A stretch of DNA of 63,110 nt, filler included, from 10 parts of 10 records of this genome joined end to end with filler, not necessarily neighbours in it, one strand, 5' to 3'. Positions 47,337-62,715 are shown, counted from the whole stretch's first letter. Notes: generated by a model from the sequence alone, not told the origin. A program made the numbers and translations.

Positions 47337-48800
47337 TTAGTTCCACATGGCGAGAATCGGCCAGCCAACCAACAGCAACATAGAGATGTAAATCACCCCG
47401 AAGATTGCGCCAAGACGCCAGTAATCTTTTGATTTCACATAGCCACAGCCGTAAATAATCACCCCAGGACCGGTTGCATACGGCGTCAGACAGCCCATGA
47501 TACCGATAGACAGCACCAGCAGGATACACAGTTGTTCCATTGGTACGCCCGGAATACCTTTACCGACGGCCAGAATAACCGGCAGCATGGTTGCGGTGTG
47601 CGCAGACAGGCTGGCAAACAGGTAGTGTGCAAAGTAGAACACCAGAACCAGTACAATCACCGTTGCGTTTGGTGAGAATCCTTCCAGGTGCGTACTCATG
47701 GTACCGGCGAACCAGTCAATAAAACCAGAACGAGTCAGGCCGTTAGCCATCACAACCAGAGTTGCCAGGTTGACCAGTGTGTTCCATGCGCTGTTATAGC
47801 GGGTAATGTCTTTCCAAGGCACAACGTGCAGGGCCAGCATTAGCGAAACTGCCAGCAGACCAACCGCAGTAGCATTAATGACTTCACTGCCAAATACCCA
47901 CAAACCTAAGCTGAGCAATACAAGGCCAATCAGTGTCCACTCTCTGCGTGTCAGCGCACCCATGGTTTTCAGTTCATCACCCGCCCAGGTTGCCACTTCT
48001 TCACTGTGTGTGATTTCCGGTTTGTACAGCACGTAGGAAAGCCACGGCGCAATGATAAGCAAGATAACCCCAACCGGCAGGAAGCAGAGGAACCACTGCA
48101 ACCAGCTAATCTGGATACCGGCAATTTTGCTGACGAACTCCAGACCCAGCACGTTTGGTGCCGCACCGGTGACAAACATGGACGAACTCAGACTGGTACT
48201 AATGACCATCATCCACATCAAATAGCCGCCAATACGACGCGCGGACGGATCGTTCGGGAATGATTTAAACAACGGCGGCAGGTTTTTAATGACCGGAAAA
48301 ACCGTACCCCCGGTACGCGCGGTGTTGGAAGGTGTAAACGGTGCCAGCAGAATGTCGATAATGACAATCGCATAACCCAACGTCAGCGTGCGTTTGCCCA
48401 TGAATTTCACCAGGAAAAGGGCAATGCGACGACCTAACCCGGAAACTTCATACCCTAATGCAAAAATAAATGCGCCAAATACCAGCCATACCGTGGTGCT
48501 GGAAAAACCAGCCAGGCCCCATTTCAGCGCCTGTTTTTGCGCATTAAACGCTGGGTCAGCTAATTCTTTGGCATCAAAGAGCAGGTAATTACTGCCAATA
48601 ACGCAAATAGTAACCGCAATAAAACTGATCGCTGTTGCCGGAATTGGCTCGAGGATCATGCCGACAATCATTGCCACAAACACAGCGAAGTAATGCCATG
48701 CCTGCGGCGGCATACCGTCGGGGACAGGGATAAGAAACATGACACCCATCACCACCAGTGGGGCCAATAGTTTCCATATATTATCTTTTGCTAAAGACAT
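47337..48800 (-). CDS. citT: Citrate:succinate antiporter
   Basis: DASS family motif PSNTARTGG; end of the cit operon. Confidence 0.95.
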   Translation of the reverse strand: MSLAKDNIWKLLAPLVVMGVMFLIPVPDGMPPQAWHYFAVFVAMIVGMILEPIPATAISFIAVTICVIGSNYLLFDAKELADPAFNAQKQALKWGLAGFSSTTVWLVFGAFIFALGYEVSGLGRRIALFLVKFMGKRTLTLGYAIVIIDILLAPFTPSNTARTGGTVFPVIKNLPPLFKSFPNDPSARRIGGYLMWMMVISTSLSSSMFVTGAAPNVLGLEFVSKIAGIQISWLQWFLCFLPVGVILLIIAPWLSYVLYKPEITHSEEVATWAGDELKTMGALTRREWTLIGLVLLSLGLWVFGSEVINATAVGLLAVSLMLALHVVPWKDITRYNSAWNTLVNLATLVVMANGLTRSGFIDWFAGTMSTHLEGFSPNATVIVLVLVFYFAHYLFASLSAHTATMLPVILAVGKGIPGVPMEQLCILLVLSIGIMGCLTPYATGPGVIIYGCGYVKSKDYWRLGAIFGVIYISMLLLVGWPILAMWN

Positions 48801-48850
48801 ACGGGTTCTCCGAAAATTAATATTTCCAAATTTATCAAGTGCTTAAATAA

Positions 48851-50255
<1,405 letters not shown>

Positions 50256-50258
50256 GGC

Positions 50259-51791
50259 TTATTCCTTCACCTGATGCACAACATCGATCACCGAGCCATC
50301 GCGGTAACGCACAACGGCAACGACGCGGTCTGTGAATTCAATCGGCTGTGGTTCACCGGTCAGCAGACGCGCACGTTCGCGCAGCCACTCAATGGAAACC
50401 ACTTTAATGCCCGCTTCCTGCAGACGTTCTGCCAGTTCCGGACGTGCCGGGTTAACTGCGATACCGTGGTCTGTGACCAGAATATCGACACTGGAGCCTG
50501 GGGTGATGCAGGTCAGTACGTTATCCACCAGAGTCGGAATACGACCGCGTACCAGCGGCGCGACGATGATGGAAAGCGCAGAGGCAATCGCGGTATCGCA
50601 GTGACCACCGGAAGCACCACGCAGTACGCCGTCAGAGCCGGTCAGCACGTTAACGTTGAACTGGGTGTCAATTTCCAGCGCGCTCAGTACCACCACGTCG
50701 AGACGATCAACCGATGCGCCTTTCGAACCCCAGTTAGCGTACTGGTTGGCGCTGATTTCGATGTGATTGGGGTTACGGGCCAGCGATTGCGCAGCATGGC
50801 TGTCAAAGCTCTGCACATCCAGCAGTTTGCGGATCAGACCTTTTTCGTGCAGGTCAACCATCGTCGCGGTAATACCGCCAAGGGCGAAGTCGGCGCGAAT
50901 ATCGCGGCTACGCATTTTGTCTTCCAGGAAACGGGTTACCGCCAGCGATGCGCCGCCGGTGCCGGTTTGCATGGAGAAACCTTCTTTGAAGTAGCCAGAG
51001 TTGACAATCACATCCGCAGCGCTACGGGCAATAAGCAGTTCGCGCGGGTTAGTGGTCATACGGGTCGCGCCAGCGCCGATTTTTGCAGCATCGCCAACGC
51101 GGTCAACTTTGACGATCAAATCAACCTGATCTTGCTCAATGCTTGCCGGATTATGCGGATAAGGCAGCAGTTCTTCGGTAAGCATCACGACCTGTTTTGC
51201 GTTGTCGGCATCAACTATTGCATAGCCGAGGGAGCCGCAGCAGGCTTTACCGGTGTAGCCGTTGGCATTACCGAATTCATCACAGGACGGGACGCCGAGG
51301 AAAGCCACGTCGATATTCAGTTCGCCGCTCTGTACCAGATGCACACGACCGCCGTGAGAGTGGATCTGCACCGGTTCTGCCAGCAGACCACGGGAGATCT
51401 CTTCCGCCAGTGGACCACGCAGGCCGGAGGTATAAATGCGGGTAACCACGCCCTGGCGAATGTGTTCTACCAGCGGCGCATGGCAATCACTCAGGGAGCT
51501 GGACGCCAGGGTCAGGTTTTTAAAGCCCATCTTCGCGATGACGTCCATCACCATATTGACGGTCAGGTCACCGCCACGGAAAGCGTGATGGAAGGAAACC
51601 GTCATGCCGTCCTGTAAACCAGAGCGACGAATCGCTTCTTCCAGGTTGGCGCACAGTTTGCGATCGCGCGCTTTTTCAGCCTGGTAGGTTTGCTTTGGCG
51701 AGTTCTGGAAAGCGGCAAGATCGCATTCAGCGCGACGATTCCAGGCCGCTACCCGTTCTTGTCGTTGAGATTGTTCAATTTTCTGCGTCAT
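50259..51791 (-). CDS. citF: Citrate lyase alpha subunit
   Basis: SFHHAFRGGD and GASGGHCD motifs. Confidence 0.96.
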   Translation of the reverse strand: MTQKIEQSQRQERVAAWNRRAECDLAAFQNSPKQTYQAEKARDRKLCANLEEAIRRSGLQDGMTVSFHHAFRGGDLTVNMVMDVIAKMGFKNLTLASSSLSDCHAPLVEHIRQGVVTRIYTSGLRGPLAEEISRGLLAEPVQIHSHGGRVHLVQSGELNIDVAFLGVPSCDEFGNANGYTGKACCGSLGYAIVDADNAKQVVMLTEELLPYPHNPASIEQDQVDLIVKVDRVGDAAKIGAGATRMTTNPRELLIARSAADVIVNSGYFKEGFSMQTGTGGASLAVTRFLEDKMRSRDIRADFALGGITATMVDLHEKGLIRKLLDVQSFDSHAAQSLARNPNHIEISANQYANWGSKGASVDRLDVVVLSALEIDTQFNVNVLTGSDGVLRGASGGHCDTAIASALSIIVAPLVRGRIPTLVDNVLTCITPGSSVDILVTDHGIAVNPARPELAERLQEAGIKVVSIEWLRERARLLTGEPQPIEFTDRVVAVVRYRDGSVIDVVHQVKE

Positions 51792-51801
51792 TTTGATTGC
51801 C

Positions 51802-52710
51802 TTATTCTTCGCGGATGCCGGAAAGTTCTGCACGGGAGAGCACCAGACGGGCGCGATCGATAACCGGACCGTCCACCATCTTGCCGTTCAGGGAAACCAC
51901 GCCGAGGCCTTCGCGAGCGGCGGCTTCAGCGGCTTCTACGACGCGGCGGGCGTGATCCACTTCTTTCTGGGTCGGTGCGTAGAGGTTGTGCAGCAGATCA
52001 ATCTGACGCGGGTTGATCAGCGATTTGCCGTCAAAGCCCAGCTGTTTGATGTGGGCGGCTTCTTGCAGAAATCCGGCTTCGTTGTTAGCGTCGGAATAGA
52101 CGGTATCGAACGCCTGAATACCCGCAGAGCGCGCGGCCTGCAAAATGGAACAGCGTGCGAACAGCAGTTCAGTTCCTTCCGGGGAGCGTTCTGTACGCAG
52201 GTTGCGCACATAGTCTTCTGCACCGAGGGCGATACCGATCAAACGCTCGGAAGCGTGAGCGATTTCCACTGCGCGGGTAATCCCCAGCGGAGATTCAATC
52301 GCCGCCAGCAGGCCGGTGCTGCCGGGTTCACGACCACAGGCTTTTTCGATACGCAGGATCTCTTTTTCAATATCCAGAACATCCTGAGCGGTATCGGTTT
52401 TCGGCAGACGCACAACGTCCGCACCACCGCGAACGACGGCTTCCAGGTCGTTAACACCCCATTCGGAATCCAGCGCGTTGACACGCACAATGGTTTCAAT
52501 ATCGCGATACAGCGGATGTTGCAGCGCGTGGTAAACCATGCGGCGGGCGGTGTCTTTTTCACGCAATGCTACGGAGTCTTCGAGGTCAAACATCAGGGCA
52601 TCAGCCGGGTAGATGAAGGAGTTGCTGACCATCGCGGCATTGGCACCAGGCACAAACAACATGCTGCGGCGGGTGCGAGTTTTACGTTGTTGCAGCGAAG
52701 CGGAAATCAT
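51802..52710 (-). CDS. citE: Citrate lyase beta subunit
   Basis: [23 protein letters not shown] motifs. Confidence 0.96.
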
Positions 52711-53003
52711 TGGCAATCCTCCCATGGCAGAGCCGGGATACCGCTGGCGCGTGCCAGCAGGGCTTCCAGTCGTGCACGTAAAATGCAGTCCAGTGCGCCT
52801 TTGTCATCGACATTCAGCTGTACGCCGCGCACGTTGTAGCGGGCGAGAACGTCCAGAATGGTGGTGCGAATTGCATCGCCAAACTGTTTCTCAACGCTGC
52901 TATTGATTTGCAGGTCGATATCCTGCGTATCGAGTGGGGCGATGCGTATCATCACATCCCCAGACTCAAGGGTGCCTGCAACGGCGGGCTGGTTTATTTT
53001 CAT
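52707..53003 (-). CDS. citD: Citrate lyase acyl carrier protein (gamma)
   Basis: AGTLESGD attachment-site motif. Confidence 0.96.
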
Positions 53004-53022
53004 TTTTCACCTGTTTCTCATG

Positions 53023-53122
53023 NNNNNNNNNNNNNNNNNNNNNNNNNNNNNNNNNNNNNNNNNNNNTTAATTAATTAANNNNNNNNNNNNNNNNNNNNNN
53101 NNNNNNNNNNNNNNNNNNNNNN
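53023..53122. other. Artificial contig spacer
   Basis: 44 N + TTAATTAATTAA + 44 N. Confidence 0.99.
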
Positions 53123-53420
53123 CTTTGTCCTGCACGTCGGGATGAACGGCCATAAAGCGAATGGACGCTTCATTGTCGGCATTAATATACAGTCGGCCTA
53201 CCGCCACCAGATTACCCTGCTCGTCGACGACCATCTGGTGATGCGCCATCGCATCCCACGCGTCGCGTTCCGAACCTTTTGGTTGATGCAGGGGCTTACG
53301 CAACATTTCCCAGCGAAACTGATAGTAACGCTCTAATTCTTCTTCTGTTTGTGGAACCCGAAGGTGATACATAGCGATACTCTCTCTTGTTTCCCGTGAC
53401 AACCCTGGAAGCTGGCTCAT
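53123..53420 (-). CDS. fabY: GNAT/thioesterase protein YiiD (FabY), 5' partial
   Basis: GNAT N-terminus ([18 protein letters not shown]); overlaps the dtd stop. Confidence 0.9.
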
Positions 53421-53854
53421 ACCTGCAACCAGAATGTCACGGGGCCATCATTGACCAGCGATACCTGCATATCCGCAGCGAAGCGTCCTGTTTGCGTGTT
53501 CATCTCTTGCTGACGGCAGCGTTCGACGAAATAGTCATATAACGCCTCTGCGCGATCCGGTGATGCACCTTTGGAGAAACTTGGGCGCATCCCCCGTTCG
53601 GTATCTGCGGCGAGGGTAAACTGGGAAACCACCAGCACACTGCCGCCCGCCTGTTGCACGTTGAGATTCATCTTGCCTTCGGCATCGCTAAAGATGCGGT
53701 AGCCGAGCACACGCTCGCACAGACGGTTTGCTTTCTGTTCGTCGTCATCCTTTTCGACACCCAATAACACCAAAAGTCCCGCGCCAATTTCGCCCGTCAC
53801 TTCTCCCTCCACGGTGACGCTGGCACGGGTTACGCGTTGAATTAATGCAATCAT
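53417..53854 (-). CDS. dtd: D-aminoacyl-tRNA deacylase
   Basis: SQFTL and NDGPVT motifs. Confidence 0.97.
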
Positions 53855-54723
53855 GGTTCGTCGTCTTCTTCTTGTTCAGCTGCTTGTTTTAGTTTGCGGT
53901 ATTCCCCGAGAGTGACAGTAATTTCCGCGCCAAGCAAGACGATACACCATGTCCAGTAGACCCAAACAAAGAGAATGGGGATCACCGCCAGCACACCATA
54001 AATGAGCTGATATGACGGGAACATGGTGATATAAAGCGCGAAACCTTTCTTTCCTGCTTCGAACAGGAGTGCGGCGACAAACGCGCCGACAATCGCGTCG
54101 CGGTTAGGTACGCGGATGGTAGGAACAATGCTGTACAGCAACCAGAAGGAGATCCACGACAACAGCAACGGAAAAATACGCAGCACGTTGTCGATGACAG
54201 TATTGAGATCGCTCGCCCAGCGCAGGGAGAGCAAATAGGAACTGATCGCCAGACTGGCCCCTGCCAGCAGCGGCCCCAGCGTTAAAATCATCCAGTACAC
54301 GGCGAACGAGTAAATTTTTGGTCGCGCTCGTTTACTGCGCCAGATGGTATTCAACGCGCTATCGATGGAGTACATCAACAATAACGCGGTGACGATCAGC
54401 CCGCACGCCCCAACGGCGGTCATCTTGTTGGAATTGGCAACAAATTGTTCGATATACCGCTGAATAACATCGCCAGTAGCAGGCAGAAAGTTGGCAAAAA
54501 TAAAGTGACGTAACTGAATGCTGACGTCGGAAAACATGGGAAAAGCGGCGAAAAGCGCAAAAACAACGGCAACCAGCGGCACTAATGAGAGCAACGACAC
54601 ATAGGCAAGGTTACCTGCCAGGGTTGTCATGTTGTCCTCATCAATGCGTTGCCAGAGTAGTTTTAGCCAGGCCCATAGTGGACGGGTACGGTGCCTGGCT
54701 TTGTCCTGAATGGTTTTTAGCAT
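53851..54723 (-). CDS. yihY: YihY/BrkB-family membrane protein
   Basis: [11 protein letters not shown] and YQLIYG..A motifs. Confidence 0.93.
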
Positions 54724-55316
54724 AACACCTTCGCGAAATAGTCCGGGATGGTGGTTTTATCTTTCACCAGAATACTGGTAATGCCCAGCTGATTGGCTCC
54801 TTCTATATTATCGGCGTTATCGTCGAAAAAGACCGTATCGCTGGGTGAAAAACCTTCCGCCTGCAAAACATGCTGGTAAATTCGTGCTTCAGGTTTGCGC
54901 ATCCCCAGATCTTGCGACAGATAGATATGGTCAGCAGCATCACGAATTTCCGGGTATTCTTCCGGCCAGAAGGTGGTATGCAGGCGGTTGGTATTGGAAA
55001 GCACCACCACGCGATGCCCCTGCTCACGCAGTTTATGCATGATGGCGATCACTTCCGGGCGCAGCGCAACAAACACCGCCTGCCAGCCGTGAGAGAACTG
55101 CTCGTAGCTTAGCGGTAGAGCCATCTCATGACACAGCGCCTCTGCGAACGCTTCGTCGCTAATTTCCCCACGCTCATGCTGATGAAACGCCTCCCCCATA
55201 TGAAAACTCTTCTTAAGCGATGCCAGCGGAATACGCGTTAAATCGCTCCAGGCTCCCAGCACACGGTTAAAGTCGATATCGACAATCACATTACCTAAAT
55301 CAAAGATATAGAGCAT
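54717..55316 (-). CDS. yihX: Alpha-D-glucose-1-phosphate phosphatase (HAD)
   Basis: FDLGNV, LSNT, RKP, FDD HAD motifs. Confidence 0.94.
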
Positions 55317-55414
55317 TTTTGCCTCCTTTCGCGCCACAAGAAATTAACTGTAGCGGGAAAGGATGGGTTTGGCTATGTGGCAAGGTATGAAGCCAGGTTA
55401 ACGGTCACAAAAAT

Positions 55415-55956
55415 CTACGCGTCTTCCTGGGGAAGAATGATTTCAATTTGGCTGTCTTGTAAGCGTGATTTTAGCGCAGCGGGCGGCAGCTCGTCGGTAA
55501 AGAGCGCAGTGACCTGTGCCACGTTACCAATTTCAACCGCCGCCGAAGCATGATACTTAGTGTGATCGGCGACCAGCAGAATATTTCTCGCGTGCGCCAT
55601 CATCGTTTTCACCACGTTAGCTTCGTTTACATCAAACTCCATCAACGCGCCATCGCTCTCAATCGCCCCAACGCTTGTTACCAGATAATCAGCACGAAAA
55701 TCAGCCACAAAGGACGCCGCTGAAGGGCCAATGATCCCGCTATTATGAGAGCGCAACGTACCGCCGGGCACCATCACTTCAAAGCGCGGGTTGTGGTAAA
55801 GAATATGCGCCACACGCAGGCTGTTGGTGATTATCCGCAAATGATTATGGTTAAGTAACGCCCGGGCAACATGCTCAACAGTCGTACCAATGGTGATAAA
55901 TATTGTTGAACCATCAGGAATATAGTCTGCCACCGCTTCGGCAATCGCTTTTTTTT
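55415..55956 (-). CDS. yihW: CsqR/YihW, 3' part
   Basis: DeoR C-terminal sensor domain (AIAEAVADYIPDGSTIF...ADHTK). Confidence 0.93.
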
Positions 55957-56056
55957 NNNNNNNNNNNNNNNNNNNNNNNNNNNNNNNNNNNNNNNNNNNN
56001 TTAATTAATTAANNNNNNNNNNNNNNNNNNNNNNNNNNNNNNNNNNNNNNNNNNNN
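55957..56056. other. Artificial contig spacer
   Basis: 44 N + TTAATTAATTAA + 44 N. Confidence 0.99.
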
Positions 56057-56080
56057 CCTGATAAGCGTAGCGCATCAGGC
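56057..56080. repeat. REP (PU) element fragment at the contig edge
   Basis: CCTGATAAGCGTAGCGCATCAGGC matches the enterobacterial REP palindrome. Confidence 0.8.
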
Positions 56081-56095
56081 AATTTTACGTTTTAA

Positions 56096-56443
56096 TCACT
56101 TCTTCTTGTTCATCATCGCTTTCAGGTCAGCGAATGGGTTGTACTTCGCTTCACCGACATCTTTCTGCGCATCTTCCCCTGCGATAACGGTCGTACCATA
56201 CTGATCCGCTTCGGTATATTTCGAATGCTCATGATCGTGGCAATAGAGACACAACAATTCCCAGTTACTGCCATCTTCCGGGTTATTGGTATGGTCGTGA
56301 TCAATGTGGTGAACGGTAAGTTCACGCAGGTTGGAATAAACAAACTCGCGGGAACAGCGACCGCAGACCCACGGATAGATTTTTAATGCTTTTTCGCGAT
56401 AGCCGCTTTCTAACCGCGCATAGTTTTTTGGGATGATAGCCAT
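56096..56443 (-). CDS. yajD: HNH nuclease-family protein YajD
   Basis: CGRC...HHIDH...N...LCLYCHDHEH. Confidence 0.93.
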   Translation of the reverse strand: MAIIPKNYARLESGYREKALKIYPWVCGRCSREFVYSNLRELTVHHIDHDHTNNPEDGSNWELLCLYCHDHEHSKYTEADQYGTTVIAGEDAQKDVGEAKYNPFADLKAMMNKKK

Positions 56444-56520
56444 GAAAAGTTACCTGGATGAAATGTAGGGTTACGCGCAGTTTCCCAAGATGCGGGGATT
56501 TTCGCAATCTCCATACATCA

Positions 56521-56551
56521 AAAAAAATCCCGATCTTCTGACCGGGATTTT
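56521..56551. terminator. Terminator after secF
   Basis: AAAATCCCG...CGGGATTTT hairpin with A/T flanks. Confidence 0.7.
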
Positions 56552-56571
56552 CAACATCAACGGGAACTTGA

Positions 56572-57543
56572 TTACGGCAGAATTGACGGCTGATCCGCCC
56601 CTTCTTTTTCCACTTTCTGCTGCAACATGTGTTCGCGCTTCATACCCAGTTTCAGAGCCAACGCAGATGCCACATAGATGGAAGATGCAGTACCGATGGA
56701 AACACCGATAAGCATGGTCAGCGAGAAGCCTTCCAGTACCGGACCACCGAAGAGGTACAGCATCAGGATAACCATCAAGGTAGTACCGGATGTGATCAAG
56801 GTACGGTGCAGCGTCTGGGTCAAGGACACGTTAAAGATTTCGTAAGGCGTACCGCGACGGATCTTGCGGAAGTTTTCACGAATACGGTCCGATACCACGA
56901 TACTGTCGTTAAGCGAGTAACCGATAACCGACATCAACGATGCCACAATGGTCAGGTCAATCTCGATATGGAATAACGACAAAATACCCAGCGTAATGAT
57001 AACGTCGTGCGCCAGCGCAATAACCACCCCTGCCGCCAGTCGCCACTCAAAGCGGAAACCTACGTACACGAGGATAGACAGCAGCGCTGCCATCAACGCC
57101 ATCGCACCGGTTTGCGCAAGGTCTGCCCCCACGCTCGGACCGACGAACTCAATACGCTTCACTGCTGCATTCTGATTGGTGGATTCGTTAATCACCTTCA
57201 GAACCTGGCTGCCCAACACCTGACCGCCGGTTTCGCCTTCAGCAGGCGGCATACGGACCATGATGTCATGGCTGCTACCAAAGTTTTGCAGCATCGGCTC
57301 TTCAAAACCGGCTTTTTGCAATGCATCACGCATTACGTCAATTTCAGCCGGTTTTTCGAGCGTAATTTCAATAACCGTACCACCGGTGAAATCCAGCCCC
57401 CAGTTAAAGCCGCGCACGCCCATAATAACGATAGCAGCGATTAACAGCAGACCAGAGATGCCGAAAGCCCAGTAGTCCCAGCGCATAAAGTCATAGACTT
57501 TACGGCCGTGGTTTAGTTGTTCAACAGTATATTCCTGTGCCAC
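56572..57543 (-). CDS. secF: Sec translocon accessory subunit SecF
   Basis: GLDFTGG and [16 protein letters not shown] motifs; GTG start. Confidence 0.97.
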
Positions 57544-57553
57544 ATCGCACTCC

Positions 57554-59401
57554 TCAGATTGACAGCTTCTTGACGCGCTTGCCGCCATATAGCAGGTTTA
57601 CGATGGCACGCGTACCGACAATCGCGGTAAACATCGACGTCGCCACACCGATACCGGTAGTAATCGCGAACCCTTTAATTGCCCCGGTACCCACTGCGTA
57701 CAGGATGATGACTTTAATCAGCGTGGTGATGTTCGCATCGAAGATAGAACTGAATGCGCCACGATAACCTTCATCAATTGCCTGTTGAACAGTACGTCCG
57801 TTGCTCAACTCTTCTTTAATACGTTCGTTGATCAGTACGTTCGCATCGACCGCCACCGCAAGGGTTAAGACGATACCCGCGATACCTGGCATACTCAGCG
57901 TTGCGCCTGGCAACAGCGACATAATGCCGACGATTAAGATCAAGTTGGCAATCAGAGCACTGGTCGCAATCAGACCAAACTTCTTATAGAAGATGATCAT
58001 GAACAGAATAGAAACCAGCAGACCGGCAAGGCAAGCCTCCAGCCCCTGTTCAATGTTCTGCATACCCAGGGTTGGGCCAATGGTACGTTCTTCAACAATC
58101 TGAATCGGCGCGATCAACGCACCGGCACGCAGCAGCAGTGACAGCTGACGGGCTTCGTTCGGGTTGTTGATGCCGGTGATACGGAAGCTGTTACCCAGAC
58201 GAGACTGGATGTTGGCGATGTTAATCACCTCTTCCTGTTTCACCAGAACCGCACGACCATTTGCATCTTTCTTACCGCTGTCTTTGTACTCCACAAACAG
58301 GGTTGCCATCGGTTTGCCGATGTTGTCCTTAGTGAAGTTAGACATGATGTTACCACCAGCGCTATCGAGCGAGATGTTAACCTGCGGTTGGTTGTATTCG
58401 TCCTGGCTGGAAGTGGAGTCGGTGATATGGTCACCGGTCAGAATTACGCGTTTGTACAGCACAACTGGCTGACCTTCGCGGGTCTGTTTCACTTCAGAGT
58501 CGCCCGGTACGCGACCGGATGCCGCAGCGGCCTGGTCAACGTTGGTGTTTACCAGACGGAATTCCAGCGTTGCCGTCGCACCCAGAATCTCTTTCGCACG
58601 CGCAGTGTCCTGAATACCTGGCAGTTCAACAACGATACGGTCAGCACCCTGACGCTGAACCACCGGCTCCGCCACGCCAAGTTGGTTTACACGGTTACGC
58701 AGGATATTAATGTTCTGCTGCACCGCATATTCACGCGCTTCACTCAGACGAGCATCGCTCATTACCGCACGCAGCTGGTTGCTGCCCTGGCTGCTAATCA
58801 CCAGGTCCGGATGGCGCTTGCTCAGATACGCAATGGCTTCATCACGAGCTTTAGCATCGCGGAAAGTGATGCTCAGGCCGTAGTTGTTTTCTTTACGAAC
58901 AGTGGTATACGGGATGCCCTTTTCGCGCAGGTCACTGCGTAGGCTATCGATATTTTGTTCCTGGAGTTTGCCAAGCGCGGTGTCCATATCCACTTCCATC
59001 AGGAAGTGAACGCCGCCACGCAGGTCAAGGCCGAGCTTCATCGGCTCAGCGTGAATAGCTGCCAGCCAGCGCGGCGTTGCCGGGGCAAGGTTAAGCGCCA
59101 CGACGTATTTGTCACCCATAACGCCCATTAATGCTTCACGAGCGCGCAACTGGGTGTCAGTGGAGTCGAAGCGCGCAAGAATAGCGCCCTCTTCCAGTGC
59201 CACAGACTTAGCAGTTATTTTTTCTTCTTGTAACGTTTTCTGGACCTGGATCAGCGTTTGCTCACTGGCGGCGACTCCGCGCGCACCAGTGATCTGAACA
59301 GCCGGATCCTCACCAAACAGGTTGGGAAGCGCATACAGCAGACCGATGACAATCACCACGATCAGCATGACGTACTTCCACAAAGGATAACGGTTTAACA
59401 C
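57554..59401 (-). CDS. secD: Sec translocon accessory subunit SecD
   Basis: LGLDLRGG and [15 protein letters not shown] motifs. Confidence 0.97.
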   Translation of the reverse strand: MLNRYPLWKYVMLIVVIVIGLLYALPNLFGEDPAVQITGARGVAASEQTLIQVQKTLQEEKITAKSVALEEGAILARFDSTDTQLRAREALMGVMGDKYVVALNLAPATPRWLAAIHAEPMKLGLDLRGGVHFLMEVDMDTALGKLQEQNIDSLRSDLREKGIPYTTVRKENNYGLSITFRDAKARDEAIAYLSKRHPDLVISSQGSNQLRAVMSDARLSEAREYAVQQNINILRNRVNQLGVAEPVVQRQGADRIVVELPGIQDTARAKEILGATATLEFRLVNTNVDQAAAASGRVPGDSEVKQTREGQPVVLYKRVILTGDHITDSTSSQDEYNQPQVNISLDSAGGNIMSNFTKDNIGKPMATLFVEYKDSGKKDANGRAVLVKQEEVINIANIQSRLGNSFRITGINNPNEARQLSLLLRAGALIAPIQIVEERTIGPTLGMQNIEQGLEACLAGLLVSILFMIIFYKKFGLIATSALIANLILIVGIMSLLPGATLSMPGIAGIVLTLAVAVDANVLINERIKEELSNGRTVQQAIDEGYRGAFSSIFDANITTLIKVIILYAVGTGAIKGFAITTGIGVATSMFTAIVGTRAIVNLLYGGKRVKKLSI

Positions 59402-59428
59402 GGCAATTCCCTTAGGGAAAAATTTTAA

Positions 59429-59761
59429 TTACAGCGCCTTCATGGTGCCTTTCGGCAGGACGGCAGCTACGAAGTCACGTTTAATAACTACTTCAGTGGT
59501 GTCATTCAGCGCGATAGCAATGTAGCCGTTTTCCGCTACTTTGGTTACGCGACCAACCAGGCCACCGTTCGTCAGAACTTCATCACCTTTGGCAATGGAG
59601 TCCATCAGCTTTTTGTGTTCTTTGGTGCGCTTCTGCTGTGGACGCAGGATCATGAAATAGAAAATCAGACCGAATACCACCAGCATCAAAATCAAAGACA
59701 TCGGGCTACCTTGCGCCGGTGCACCCGTTGCCGCTACCGCATCAGAAATAAAAAAGCTCAT
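59429..59761 (-). CDS. yajC: Preprotein translocase subunit YajC
   Basis: FYFMILRPQQKR and GDEVLTNGG motifs. Confidence 0.96.
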   Translation of the reverse strand: MSFFISDAVAATGAPAQGSPMSLILMLVVFGLIFYFMILRPQQKRTKEHKKLMDSIAKGDEVLTNGGLVGRVTKVAENGYIAIALNDTTEVVIKRDFVAAVLPKGTMKAL

Positions 59762-59783
59762 TAAATTTCCCTCATTATTAATA

Positions 59784-60926
<1,143 letters not shown>

Positions 60927-60966
60927 TCAGAAAAACAGTCCAACGTTTTAAACCAGCGCCGCGGAA

Positions 60967-62037
60967 TTACTCCCCGACGCGCTCATTAATTGCCTGCGGA
61001 TTGTACGTGATAAACATCGCATCACCGTAACTAAAAAAGCGATATTTCTCTTCTACCGCTGCTTTATAGGCGTTCATGGTGTGTTGATAACCGGCAAAGG
61101 CCGAAACCAGCATAATCAGCGTCGACTCTGGCAAGTGGAAGTTCGTCACCAGCGCATCGACCACTTTGTACTGGAAGCCCGGATAGATAAAGATTTGGGT
61201 ATCGTCGAAGAACGGTTCAATGAGATCGTTTTTCGCTGCCTGAGCCGCGCTTTCCAGCGAACGTACTGAAGTGGTGCCAACCGCAATCACCCGGTTACCG
61301 CGCGCTTTCGCCGCCAGTACCGCGTCTACCACATCCTGCGGTACTTCAGCGTATTCCGAGTGCATGATGTGATCTTCAATGGTGTCGACGCGCACCGGCT
61401 GGAAGGTGCCCGCACCAACGTGCAACGTCACAAACGCCATCTCCACGCCTTTGGCGCGCAATTTTTCCAGCAAAGGCTCGTCAAAATGCAGACCTGCGGT
61501 CGGGGCTGCAACCGCGCCCGGTTTTTCGCTATAAACGGTTTGATAAAGTTCGCGGTCAGCGTCTTCGTCCGGACGGTCGATATACGGCGGCAGCGGCATA
61601 TGGCCGATGCTGTTGAGAATATCCAGCACCGAGCGTTCATCATTAAATTCGACTTCAAACAGTGCGCCGTGGCGCGCGGTCATTGTTGCGTTAATACTTT
61701 CGTCATCGCCCAGCAGCAGTTCTGCGCCAGGTTTTGGCGCTTTCGAGGCGCGAATATGCGCAAGAATGCGTTTGTCGTCGAGCATCCGTTCAACCAGCAC
61801 TTCAATCTTGCCGCCGCTGGCTTTACGCCCAAACAGGCGCGCCGGGATCACGCGGGTATTATTAAAAACCAGAAGATCGCCGGGGTTGAGCTTATCAAGT
61901 AAATCGGTGAAAGTACCGTGCGTCAGCGCGCCCGTCGGCCCGTCCAGCGACAGTAAACGACAGCTACTGCGTTCAGGCATGGGATAGTGGGCAATCAGGG
62001 ATTCGGGCAATTCAAAGGAGAAATCGGTAACGCGCAT
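60967..62037 (-). CDS. queA: SAM:tRNA ribosyltransferase-isomerase
   Basis: [29 protein letters not shown] motifs. Confidence 0.98.
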
Positions 62038-62129
62038 GACACTGACTCAGACTAAAATAAGAGGCGGGTAGTCTAGTGCCGGGGCGCTCTCCCTGCAACC
62101 TTTACCCCCTTTTGGATAGAATATAATCG

Positions 62130-62711
62130 ATGAATTTTTTAGCTCACCTGCATTTAGCCCATCTCGCGGAAAGCTCGCTTTCCGGCAATTTACTGGCTGA
62201 TTTCGTACGCGGAAATCCTGAAGAAAGTTTTCCGCCCGACGTCGTGGCTGGCATTCATATGCATCGACGTATCGACGTATTGACTGACAATCTGCCGGAA
62301 GTCCGCGAAGCACGGGAGTGGTTTCGTAGTGAAACGCGCCGCGTTGCGCCTATTACGCTGGATGTCATGTGGGATCACTTTCTTTCCCGCCACTGGTCGC
62401 AGCTGTCGCCGGACTTTCCGCTACAGGAATTTGTCTGTTATGCCCGCGAGCAAGTGATGACGATTTTGCCGGACTCACCGCCACGTTTTATCAATCTGAA
62501 CAATTACTTGTGGTCAGAGCAGTGGCTGGTGCGCTATCGCGATATGGATTTCATCCAGAACGTGTTAAACGGCATGGCAAGCCGCCGCCCACGTCTGGAT
62601 GCCCTGCGTGACTCCTGGTACGATTTAGACGCTCATTATGACGCCCTCGAAACCCGCTTCTGGCAGTTTTATCCGCGGATGATGGCGCAGGCGTCACGCA
62701 AGGCGTTATAA
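62130..62711 (+). CDS. acpH: Acyl carrier protein phosphodiesterase
   Basis: MNFLAH, HRRID..TD, DHFL motifs. Confidence 0.95.
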   Translation: MNFLAHLHLAHLAESSLSGNLLADFVRGNPEESFPPDVVAGIHMHRRIDVLTDNLPEVREAREWFRSETRRVAPITLDVMWDHFLSRHWSQLSPDFPLQEFVCYAREQVMTILPDSPPRFINLNNYLWSEQWLVRYRDMDFIQNVLNGMASRRPRLDALRDSWYDLDAHYDALETRFWQFYPRMMAQASRKAL

Positions 62712-62715
62712 AACG

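Noticed and set aside
56096-56443. HNH protein as a mobile or defence nuclease
   Set aside because: It is the conserved core gene yajD in its usual position next to secF
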